A DNA stretch of 48,335 nt, taken from contig JBBSIS010000001.1 of the NCBI GenBank assembly GCA_038231955.1, positions 1-48,335 of the forward strand, in the 5' to 3' direction. Below, in pieces: positions 1 through 8,306 of this stretch (within the stretch, counting starts at the first letter, position 1; every line of letters starts with the position of its first letter). The DNA is from Acidimicrobiales bacterium (GTDB lineage Bacteria > Actinomycetota > Acidimicrobiia > Acidimicrobiales > AC-14). A program made the position numbers and the translations under genes. The notes under the pieces are model-generated. The model did no database searches and had not been told where the DNA came from. It was given only the letters and a program-made list of their open reading frames with translations.

Positions 1-184
1 CAAAGGTGCAGCCCTCCCGCCATTCGGCTCCACCTACCAGGGCCAGAGGTCCAGTCACGGCGCCCAACCTACCGCCGGCCGTCCACCTGCGATCCGGGGC
101 CCGGCGATCTCTGTGCACCCAGGCTCGTGATCCGGGTGGAATCGGCTCATTTCACGAGTCGTCGAGACCGAGCGGGCGGCGCAG

Positions 185-463
185 TCAGCCACGCCCCCAT
201 GCCGAGGAGCAGCGGGCGACCGCCCAGCCGGCCAGCCGGCTCAGGCGCACGCCGGTCCCCGGGCCGAAGAGGGCGGCGGCCAGGACCATGGTCTCCACCG
301 TCCGCAGGCCGCCGAGCACCCCGTGCGGGACGATGCCCGTGCTCCGGACGACCGCCGCACCCAGGAACCCGGCGACGAACAGCGGCAGGATCGGCGGCCG
401 CGTGGCGTCAGTGGCCACTTCCCCGCCGGCCCGTCGGCGGAGGATCGTCACGGACGACACCAT
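185..463 (-). pseudogene. C-terminal fragment of a YeiH/UPF0324-like membrane transporter, truncated and apparently frameshifted
   Basis: The ORF reads ...ILPLFVAGFLGAAVVRSTGIVPHGVLGGLRTVETMVLAAALFGPGTGVRLSRLAG, which resembles the last helices of YeiH-type proteins. The expected continuation (LGGRPLLLGMGAWL) is readable only in another frame at ~130-200. There is no room for the N-terminal ~250 residues before the divergent gene at 506. Confidence 0.35.
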
Positions 464-505
464 CCGCCAACTTCACCCTCAACCTGGCCCGCTATCATCA
501 GCCGG

Positions 506-2239
506 GTGACACCGGGCGCACCCGTGGGGCCGCGCCGCGTGGCAGCGGTGGTCGGTGTCGTCCTGCTGGCGTGGAGCGCGTGGCTCGGCGTGCGCCTGGT
601 GCAGGCCTCCAGCCAGATTCGCACCGGAATCCACCTCCTGGAACGGGCGCGAATAGGCGCCACCGTCGCAACGGTGGTGCAGGCGGGGCCCCCGGGGGAT
701 CTACTGCGGGCCCATGCGCAGCTGGCTGCCGCCGATCAACGGCTGGGCGGCTGGGCCTTCGCGCCGGTGCGCGTCCTCCCCGTGCTCGGGCGTCAGCACC
801 GGTCACTGCGGGCCCTCACGCGGGCTACCGCCGGGCTGGCCGCAGTGAGCATCGACGGCGTCTCCCAGGCCAGGGCGGTCCTCGACCGGCCCACGGCACC
901 GGGCCAGGACCGGGTAGCGCTGACCCGCGAGCTCGGGACCATCGCCGCTACCAGCAGGGAGCGCCTGGCCGGGATGCGCCTCGGTCCGGCCGACGGACTG
1001 GTCGGGCCGCTGCGCAGGGGCCGCCAGCGGTTGACCGACGAGCTGGCGGGCTCCATCGCCGGCCTGGATCGGGGCGCCACCGCGGCGGGGGCGATGGCCG
1101 ACTTCCTGACCGGGCCGCGCCACTACCTCGTTCTGGCCGCTAACAACGCCGAGATGCGGGCAGGGTCGGGCATGGTCCTCTCGGCCGGCGAGCTCAACGT
1201 GGTCGACGGCACCCTGGCGCTGTCGAGGCTCCAGTCGGTGAGCGAGCTGCCGGTGCCGGCTCAGGCCGTCGCCCTCCCCGCCGACCTTGACCAACGGTGG
1301 GGGTGGCTCACGCCCAGCGTGGAGTGGTCGAACCTCATGGTGTCGCCCAGGTTCGACGCCATGGCGCCGATCGCCGCCCAGATGTGGGTGGCCGCCGGCC
1401 GGGCACCGGTCGACGGGGTGCTGTCGGTCGACCCGCTGGTCCTACAGGCGCTCCTACGCTCGACCGGGCCGGTCCCGGTGGAGGGCAAGCGACTGGAGGC
1501 CACCAACATCCTCGAGGAGCTGTTCCACGGGCAGTACTACCGGTATCCCGCGGCCGAGGTGACCGCCCGCCGGGAGGCCCTGGGCGATGAGGCCCGCGCC
1601 GCCTTCGACGCCTTCTCGACCGGTGGTTGGTCGCCCGCCACACTGGCCGCGGGCCTGGTCCCTGCAGCCCGCGGCCGCCACCTCATGGCCTGGTCGGCCA
1701 ACCCCGTGGAGCAGGCCGGATGGCGGGCAGCGGGCGTCGATCAGGCCCTGCAGTCGGACTCGGCGCTGGTGAGCGTCCTGAGCCGGGGCGGAAATAAGCT
1801 GGACCCGTTCCTCCACGCCTCGGCCGACCTCGCCTTCTGGCCCGCTGGCCCCAACACCGACGTGACCCTGACCATAGGCCTGGCCAACACCGTGGCCGAG
1901 GGCGAGCCGACCTACATCGCCGGTCCCTACCCGGGCAGCGGGGTCGGTGAGGGCGCCTACCTCGGCATCCTCGCCGTCTCGCTGCCAGAGGTGGCGCGCG
2001 ACATCCGCGTCGACGACGTCGACCAACTGGCTGTCGCCGGCGCCGACGGGCCCACACGGGTGGTCGGCCTCCAGCTTGCGCTGAACCGAGGGGCGCGGCA
2101 GGCCGTTACCCTGCGCTTCCGCATGCCGGGCAACCACGGTTCGATGCGGGCGGAACCCTCGGCGCGCATCCCGCCGGTGGCCTGGAGCGCCCCCGGCCAG
2201 CGCTGGACCGACGACGCGTCGCACGTGGTGCGGTGGTGA
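506..2239 (+). CDS. DUF4012 domain membrane-anchored protein (actinobacterial polysaccharide-locus protein)
   Basis: This lies within ORF 323..2239. A GTG at 506 directly precedes a TM helix (AAVVGVVLLAWSAWLGV). The motif RHYLVLAANNAEMRAGSGMVLSAGEL is typical of DUF4012. The stop is TGA at 2237-2239. Confidence 0.8.
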   Translation: MTPGAPVGPRRVAAVVGVVLLAWSAWLGVRLVQASSQIRTGIHLLERARIGATVATVVQAGPPGDLLRAHAQLAAADQRLGGWAFAPVRVLPVLGRQHRSLRALTRATAGLAAVSIDGVSQARAVLDRPTAPGQDRVALTRELGTIAATSRERLAGMRLGPADGLVGPLRRGRQRLTDELAGSIAGLDRGATAAGAMADFLTGPRHYLVLAANNAEMRAGSGMVLSAGELNVVDGTLALSRLQSVSELPVPAQAVALPADLDQRWGWLTPSVEWSNLMVSPRFDAMAPIAAQMWVAAGRAPVDGVLSVDPLVLQALLRSTGPVPVEGKRLEATNILEELFHGQYYRYPAAEVTARREALGDEARAAFDAFSTGGWSPATLAAGLVPAARGRHLMAWSANPVEQAGWRAAGVDQALQSDSALVSVLSRGGNKLDPFLHASADLAFWPAGPNTDVTLTIGLANTVAEGEPTYIAGPYPGSGVGEGAYLGILAVSLPEVARDIRVDDVDQLAVAGADGPTRVVGLQLALNRGARQAVTLRFRMPGNHGSMRAEPSARIPPVAWSAPGQRWTDDASHVVRW

Positions 2240-2242
2240 GGC

Positions 2243-4456
2243 TCAGCCGTCGTCGCCGCGCGATCCCAGGCGACGGAGGCGTCGCCCGCGAGTAGGCGCC
2301 GGCCCGGGGGCCGCTGCGTCGGGGTCGGCGGAGGGCCGCACCTCGAGGCGAGGTTGCCGGTTGGCCGCCGCCTCCCTCATCGCCTCCTGAAGGATGCGCT
2401 GCTTGGACTCCTCGGCTTCGGCGCGGATACGCCCGGCCTCCAGCAGCGCCCGATCGAGCATGGTGGACACGCGGGCCTCGACGTCGGCCCGGACCGCCTC
2501 GCCCTCCTGGCCGCTGCGCTCGGCCTGGGCCATCTCGGCGGCGGCCCGCTCCCGCTCCTGCTCGGCCGCAGCCAGCACGTCGTCCGCGTCGGCCACGCGA
2601 TGTGACGCCTCCAGGGCGGCTTCGGCCTGCAGCCGCTCGCCCTCGGCCTGCGCGTCGGCGACGAGCGCTACGGCCTCGGCTCGCGTCGCCTCCAGGAGGC
2701 GTCGTGCCTCCTCCACGGCACGCAGGCGGGCTTCGGTCTCCAGCCGGTCCCCTTGCGCCTGGGCGCCGGCCAGCAGCTCGTCGCCCTGTCCTCGGGCGGC
2801 GGCGAGCATCCGTCCCGCCTCCTCCTGGGCTGCGGCGCGCGACTCGGTGTCACGCCGCTCGACCTCGAGCTGGGCCTGCTCAATGATGGCCACCGCCGCG
2901 GTGCGGGCCTGCGCGACGAGGCCCTCATGGGTGGCCGCCGCGTCGGCCGCCGCCTGGGCGAGCAACTCGTCGGCCTGCGTGGCGGCCGCGGCGAGGATCG
3001 ACCGGGACTGGCCGGCGGCCTCCACGCGTGCCCGTTTCGCCAGCCGGCGACCCTCGGCGTCGGCCTGGTCGACGAGCTGCGTGGCCTCGTCCGTGGCCGT
3101 GGCGCGGATCCGGTCCGCCTCGTCGCGCGCCGCCGCCTGCGCCTCGGCCTGCAGCCGGCCACCTTCGGCCCTGGCCTCGGCTTCCAGCGCATTGGAACGT
3201 CCGCTAGCCTTCTCCAGAAGCCGATCCGACTCGTCCTGCGCGGCGGCGCTGGCCTCGGCCTGCAGGTGGGCGGCCTCCTCCTCCGCCTGCTCCAGCACGG
3301 ACGCTGCCGCGGCGCGGGCCCGCTCGCCGACCTCGCCGGCCCGAGCCAGGGCCTCGTCACGGATACGTTCGGCGTCCCCGTCGGCAGCGGCGCTGGCATC
3401 CGCGATCAGCTCGGCGGCCCGTGCCGACGCCTCTTCCCGCATCCGGGCCGCCGCTTCCTCGGCCGCGACCCTGGCCGCCGCCTCCACGCGCCCGGCCTCG
3501 GCCCGGGCCTCCTCCATGACCGCCGACGCCGCGGCGCGGGCCTGCTCGACGAGCTCCTCGTGGCGCGCCGAGGCGTCGGTCTCGGCTTGGGCGAGCAGCC
3601 CCTCGGCCAGGGTGGCGGCGGCCTCGACGGTCGACCGAGATTCGTCGTCGGCCTCAGCCCGGGCCTGGTCGACGAGGCGCGTTGCCTCGTGACTGGCCGA
3701 GCGGAGCATCCCGGCGGCCTCGTCGGCCGCCGCGGCCCGTGCCTCGGCCTGCAGGCAATCGCCCTCGGCGTGGGCCTGCGCCTCGAGGGCCTCGGCGCCG
3801 GCGCGGGCGCGAGCCAGCAGTTGTTCCGCCTCCTGCTGCGCGGCGGCGCGCGCATCGGCCTGCGTCCGGCCGGCCTGGTCCTCGGCGTGGGCCACCACCG
3901 CGGCGGCTGCGACCCGGGCCAGCGCGGTCACCTCCGTGGCGCAGGTGAGGGCGTCCTCGCGGATCTGCTCGGCGTCCTCTTCGGCCTGGACCATGACCTC
4001 GGCCTGGAGCCGCTCGCTCTCGAGGCGGGCATGCGCGACGACCTCCTCGACGCGCGTACAGGCGTCGTCCCGGATCCGCTCGGCCGTCTCCTCCGCTGCG
4101 GCCCGCGCCTCCGCCTCCATGCGCCCGGCGTCGGCCCACGCCTGCTCGCCGAGCTCCTCGGCCTGCTCCCGGGCGCCCTGCAGGATGCGCTCCGCCTCCG
4201 CCTCGGCCCGGGCCCGGGCGCCGGCGAGAATTCCTTGCCCCTCCTCCTCGGCCGCCGATCGCGCCTCGGCCTGACGCCGGTCGATCTCGGTCCGGGCCTG
4301 GTCCATGAGGACAGTCGCCGCTGTTCGGGCCTCGTCGAGGAGCCGCTCCTGGGTCGAGGCGGCGTCGGCCTCGACCTGAGCCAGGACCGCCTCGGCCAGG
4401 GACGCCGCCTCCTCAAGGATCGCCCGGGACTCGGTCTGGGCGTCCGCCTGTGCCTG
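2243..4456 (-). CDS. Continuation of the same Ala/Glu-rich repeat protein (open frame directly after the TAG; the track ORF starts at ATG 4306)
   Basis: It is in the same frame as 4457..6850 (6850 and 4306 are both 1 mod 3). Codons 4456..4307 are open and continue the repeat (QAQADAQTESRAILEEAASLAEAVLAQVEADAAS..). There is no SD before ATG 4306. The stop is TGA at 2245..2243. Confidence 0.6.
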   Translation of the reverse strand, partial: QAQADAQTESRAILEEAASLAEAVLAQVEADAASTQERLLDEARTAATVLMDQARTEIDRRQAEARSAAEEEGQGILAGARARAEAEAERILQGAREQAEELGEQAWADAGRMEAEARAAAEETAERIRDDACTRVEEVVAHARLESERLQAEVMVQAEEDAEQIREDALTCATEVTALARVAAAAVVAHAEDQAGRTQADARAAAQQEAEQLLARARAGAEALEAQAHAEGDCLQAEARAAAADEAAGMLRSASHEATRLVDQARAEADDESRSTVEAAATLAEGLLAQAETDASARHEELVEQARAAASAVMEEARAEAGRVEAAARVAAEEAAARMREEASARAAELIADASAAADGDAERIRDEALARAGEVGERARAAAASVLEQAEEEAAHLQAEASAAAQDESDRLLEKASGRSNALEAEARAEGGRLQAEAQAAARDEADRIRATATDEATQLVDQADAEGRRLAKRARVEAAGQSRSILAAAATQADELLAQAAADAAATHEGLVAQARTAAVAIIEQAQLEVERRDTESRAAAQEEAGRMLAAARGQGDELLAGAQAQGDRLETEARLRAVEEARRLLEATRAEAVALVADAQAEGERLQAEAALEASHRVADADDVLAAAEQERERAAAEMAQAERSGQEGEAVRADVEARVSTMLDRALLEAGRIRAEAEESKQRILQEAMREAAANRQPRLEVRPSADPDAAAPGPAPTRGRRLRRLGSRGDDG
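2777..3976 (-). repeat. Two tandem 600-nt (200-codon) higher-order repeat units inside the giant gene
   Basis: In the 687-aa ORF, DAEQIREDAL (aa 111) matches DAERIRDEAL (aa 311). AAAQQEAEQLL (aa 155) matches AAAQDESDRLL (aa 355). LVDQA occurs at aa 211 and aa 411. These pairs are exactly 200 aa apart and align without gaps over about 110 residues. Confidence 0.6.
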
Positions 4457-6850
4457 CTACATGAGCTGCACGACGTCGTGGCCGGCCTCAGCCCGCAGGC
4501 GGTCGCCATCGGCGCGGGCCTGAGCTTCCAGTGTGTCGGCCCGCTCACGGGCGGTTCCCAGGAGCCGGTCGGCCTCCTCCTGCGCCGCACCCCGGGCGTC
4601 GGCGTGCAGCCGACCGGCCTCCTCCTTGGCCTCCTCCAGCGCAGCGGCGGCGATCGCTCGGGCCTGCTCCAGCGCAGCGGCGGCAGCCGCCCGGCCGCGA
4701 TCGCCTATGTCCGTGCCCTGCGCCAGGGCTTCGTCGCGGATTCGCCTGGCCTCCGCCTCGGCCGCGGCCGTGACCTCGGCCTGCAGTCGCTCGCCGTCGA
4801 GCCGGGCCCGTTCTCCGAGCTCCTGAACCTGGGCACGGGCGCCCTGCAGGATGCGCTCAGTCTCCTCCTGGGCCCGGGCGAGCAGGTCGGTCCGGCGACG
4901 GTCACCCTCGGCCCGAACCTCGGCGATCAGCTCGTCGGCCTGGGCCCGGGCCCCGGAGACGATCCGTTGCCCTTCCTCCTCAGCCGCGGACCGCGCTTCG
5001 GTCTCCCGTTGTTCGACGTCGATCCGCGTCTGCTCCAGGAGGGCTGCGGCCTCAATGCGGGCCTGTTCGAGGACGCCGTCACGGCTGCCGGCCGCCTCGG
5101 CGGAGGCGGCCTCGAGGATCGACCGGGACTCGCCTTCGGCGTCCGCCCGGGCCTGCGCACGGTGCAGGTCGGCTTCGTCGCGGGCAGCACCAAGGAGCCG
5201 CTCCGCCTCTTCGCCCGCGGCGGCGAGGGCCTCGGCCCGCAGGCGGTCGCCCTCGTCGCGGGCATGTGCCTGGAGTGCGTCCGCTCTCTCCCGGGCCGCG
5301 CCCAAGAGCCGTTCTGCTGCTTGCTCGCCGGCGGCGAGGGCCTCGCCCTGCATTCGGGCGGCGATCGCCTTCGCCCTCTCCACGGCGGCGTCTGCGGCGG
5401 CGCGGGCGTCGTCTCGGATGCGCTCGGCGTCGGCCTCGGCGTCGGCCATGAGGTCGGTCCGGAGCCGTTCGCCGTCGACCCGGGCCTGTTCCTGGGCAAC
5501 CCGCAGGATCTCCCGCTCCTTGTCCAGCGCCCGAAGGCCGGCCTCGGCCTCCAGCCGCTCGCCGTCCCTCCGGGCCTGTTCGACCAGCGCGGTCGCCGCG
5601 GCCCGGGCCTCGTCGAGCAGGTCGACGCCGGCCACCCGGGCCGTCGTCTCGGCCTGCTCGCCCAGGGCCACGGCCTGCTCCCAGGCGTCGTGCAGGATGC
5701 GCTCGACCTCCGCCTGCGCACGTTGTCGGGCCTCGACCTGCACCCGCTCGCCGTCGGTCCGGGCCCGGGCGGCCAGGGCCTCGCCATCCGTTCGGGCCAG
5801 TTCCAAAATGAGGTCGGATTCCGCCTGCGCTTCGCGCAGCTGGTCGGCCCGCAGCCGGTCGACCTCGGCCCGGCCCTCGACGACGAGCTCGTCGGCCTGC
5901 TTCTGCGCCCGTCGGACGACCTGCCCGGTCTGCTCCTCCGCCGCCTCCCGGGCGTCGTCCAGCAGGCGGGCGGCCTCGGCCCGGGCCTGGTCGACGAGCG
6001 CCCCTGCGGCGATGCGCCCTTGGTCGATCAGCGCGTCGTGGGCGATCCGCGCCTCGTCCTCACCCTGCAGGGCGACGGCCTCGGCCCCGCCCTCCTCGCG
6101 GGCTCGCTCGGCTTCGGCTTCGGCCCGGGCCCTCACGTCGGCGCCCTGCGCCTCCGCCTCCAGCTCGGCGCACGCCCGGAGCTCGGCGGTCGTGGCCCAG
6201 GTCGCCTCGATGACGCGTTCCCGGTCGGCCCAGGACTCGACGCCGAGTCGCTCGGCCTCCGACCGGGCGTGGGCGGTGAGCCGCTCGGCGTCCTCCGCCG
6301 CCGGTTGCACCACCTCGCGGGTGTTGCGCTCCGCCTCGGCCACCAGCTCCACCGCCGCTGCCCGGCCCCGCTCGACGATCTCCTCGGCTGCCGTCCTCGC
6401 GACCTGGCGGATGCCCTCCGATTCGTCCTCGGCCCGGATGCGCGCCTCCAGCGTGAGCCGTTCGCCGAGCGTCCTCGCTTGGTCGACCGACGCCTGGCGC
6501 AGGCGGTCGACCTCGGCCGCAGCCCGGTCCCGGGCCTCGGCCTCCAGCGCCTGCGCGTCGGCCTGGGCCCGGGCGACGATCTCCTCGGCCCGCTGCTGGG
6601 CCTCCCGCAGCACGCGGGCCGACTCCTCGTCGGCCCGGGCCAGGGCCTCGTCGCGAAGACCAGCCGCTTCCTGCCGGGCCTCATCGACCAACTCGACCGC
6701 CGCCGTCCACGCCTCTTCGACGTCGGTGTCCGTCGGGTCGCACTTCAGGGCCGGGTGGGAGTCGGCGCCGTGGTCGAGCACCGGGCCGGGTTCCTCGACC
6801 ACTGTCCGCGTCTCCGACCACCCGCCACCATCGGCCTCGTCAGGCAACAA
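4457..6850 (-). CDS. Ala/Glu/Arg-rich repeat (coiled-coil-like) protein, N-terminal 797 codons ending at an in-frame TAG
   Basis: The start is TTG at 6850, with GAGGAG 6 nt upstream. The sequence has a strong repeat pattern (..EAERLLGAARERADALQAHARDEGDRLRAEA..) and no TM or signal peptide. It ends at TAG 4459..4457 in the same frame as the next ORF. Confidence 0.7.
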   Translation of the reverse strand: MLPDEADGGGWSETRTVVEEPGPVLDHGADSHPALKCDPTDTDVEEAWTAAVELVDEARQEAAGLRDEALARADEESARVLREAQQRAEEIVARAQADAQALEAEARDRAAAEVDRLRQASVDQARTLGERLTLEARIRAEDESEGIRQVARTAAEEIVERGRAAAVELVAEAERNTREVVQPAAEDAERLTAHARSEAERLGVESWADRERVIEATWATTAELRACAELEAEAQGADVRARAEAEAERAREEGGAEAVALQGEDEARIAHDALIDQGRIAAGALVDQARAEAARLLDDAREAAEEQTGQVVRRAQKQADELVVEGRAEVDRLRADQLREAQAESDLILELARTDGEALAARARTDGERVQVEARQRAQAEVERILHDAWEQAVALGEQAETTARVAGVDLLDEARAAATALVEQARRDGERLEAEAGLRALDKEREILRVAQEQARVDGERLRTDLMADAEADAERIRDDARAAADAAVERAKAIAARMQGEALAAGEQAAERLLGAARERADALQAHARDEGDRLRAEALAAAGEEAERLLGAARDEADLHRAQARADAEGESRSILEAASAEAAGSRDGVLEQARIEAAALLEQTRIDVEQRETEARSAAEEEGQRIVSGARAQADELIAEVRAEGDRRRTDLLARAQEETERILQGARAQVQELGERARLDGERLQAEVTAAAEAEARRIRDEALAQGTDIGDRGRAAAAAALEQARAIAAAALEEAKEEAGRLHADARGAAQEEADRLLGTARERADTLEAQARADGDRLRAEAGHDVVQLM

Positions 6851-7066
6851 CCTGTTCTCCTCGGGCGGTTGGGCCGTACCCGGGGCGCTGGTGGGTACGA
6901 TGTCGGGCTCTGGCGGCCGTCGAAGCTTCAGTTCTCAACCTCTCGCACGCTTCGTCCACAGTCTACGGGAGACTGGGCCACCAGCGACCACAACCGCCGC
7001 CGCGCGGCCGCTTGAGTTGCCGTCCCGGTGCCGAAAAGTCCGGGACACCGACCAGAGGAGACGTCG

Positions 7067-8260
7067 ATGACGAGACGGCAGCGCCGGCAGGCCGAAGCCA
7101 CACCAGCAGCGGAGGGCGCCACCCGGCGCCAGCTGCTCGGCGCCGCCGTCGGGATGGGCACGGCGGGCGCCCTGGCCCTGACCACCGCCGCCACCCCGGC
7201 CGGCGCCGCCGGCGCGCCCGCCGCCCCTCTGGGGACGATCGACGCCGCCGCCTACGCCTCGCTGGCCGCGGCGGTGGCGGCCGCGCCCCCCGGGTCCATC
7301 GTCTACCTGCCGCCCGGCACCTACGACGTGCCCAGCGGCGGGATCAAGCTGGCCGGGAAGTCCTGCGTGATCCAGGGGACGGGCCGGGGCAGCGTGATCC
7401 GGGCCGACGCCGGCCACGTCGGCCCGGTCCTCGACCTGACCGGGTGGGTCTTCATGTACAACACGCCCCAGGCGTTCCAGACCACGGCCATGTTCGGCGG
7501 CTTCAGCATCGACGGCGGCGGGGTGGCCGGGGGGATGCATATGGGCCTCACCGCGTCCGACCTGATGGCCGGCGCCGCCTTCCGGGACATCGGCATCTTC
7601 AACTGCGCCGGGATCCCGATGGACCTCGGCCGGGCCGAAATATGCACGTTCGAGAACATCATGATCTCCTCACCGCTCAACGCCGCGACCAACGACACGC
7701 CCTACATCCGGGGCACGGGCGCCTGCAACGGAAACCGGTTCGTCAACGTCGGCCTGCGCGGCCCGGTGGCGGGGGCGAACGTCGGCCGGTCGGGGGCCAT
7801 CGTCCTGGCCGACAACGGCGTGAACGCGCCTTACGGCAACCTCTTCTCCGGCTGTTGGGACGAGTACCTGCACCTCCAGGAGCGGGCGAGCGTAGTGTCG
7901 ATCCGTGGCTACCTCAACACCATCGCCGACTGGGCGACCCACGACACCGACTCGGCCACACCGGGCGCCACGGACAACTGCTGGTTCCGGTTCGAGAACG
8001 CAGCGGTCGAGAACTACGGCGGCAACTGGTTGCGCTCCCTTGTCCCCGGCCGGGGCGACGGGCCGACCGGCATGGCCTACGGCGCCATCTGCGGGCAGAG
8101 CCACAACCGCATCGAGGGGATCAAGGGCTACAACGGGAACAACGTGCTGCTGAAGCCGGGGGTGGGCTACACCTACATCCGGATCGGCGGGCAGCAGTCG
8201 GGCGCGGCCTCGACTGCCGTCGTCGACTCAAGCCGGGAGACGACGAATAGTCTGGCATGA
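7067..8260 (+). CDS. Tat-exported right-handed beta-helix (pectate-lyase-fold) protein, probable polysaccharide hydrolase/lyase
   Basis: ATG at 7067 has GAGGAG at 7055-7060. The N-terminus carries a twin-arginine signal (TRRQLLGAAVGMGTAGALALTTAATPAGA). The motif GSIVYLPPGTYDV..IKL..K.CVIQGTG is typical of the N-terminus of pectate-lyase-superfamily beta-helix proteins. Confidence 0.7.
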   Translation: MTRRQRRQAEATPAAEGATRRQLLGAAVGMGTAGALALTTAATPAGAAGAPAAPLGTIDAAAYASLAAAVAAAPPGSIVYLPPGTYDVPSGGIKLAGKSCVIQGTGRGSVIRADAGHVGPVLDLTGWVFMYNTPQAFQTTAMFGGFSIDGGGVAGGMHMGLTASDLMAGAAFRDIGIFNCAGIPMDLGRAEICTFENIMISSPLNAATNDTPYIRGTGACNGNRFVNVGLRGPVAGANVGRSGAIVLADNGVNAPYGNLFSGCWDEYLHLQERASVVSIRGYLNTIADWATHDTDSATPGATDNCWFRFENAAVENYGGNWLRSLVPGRGDGPTGMAYGAICGQSHNRIEGIKGYNGNNVLLKPGVGYTYIRIGGQQSGAASTAVVDSSRETTNSLA

Positions 8261-8306
8261 GCTCCGCGCACTGGCCCCGGGGGGCCATGGACCAGGGCGG
8301 CCGAGG

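Noticed and set aside
2753-7070. Very long plus-strand ORFs (2753..7015, 1420 aa; 4851..7070, 739 aa; 2394..3692, 432 aa) opposite the giant repeat gene
   Set aside because: Their products are Gly/Arg/Leu/Pro-rich or Ser/Ala/Arg-rich low-complexity strings. They are what the antisense of GCC/GAG/CGC-rich repeats would give. They have no SD or domain motifs, whereas the minus-strand frame has an SD, a start and a coherent repeat architecture.
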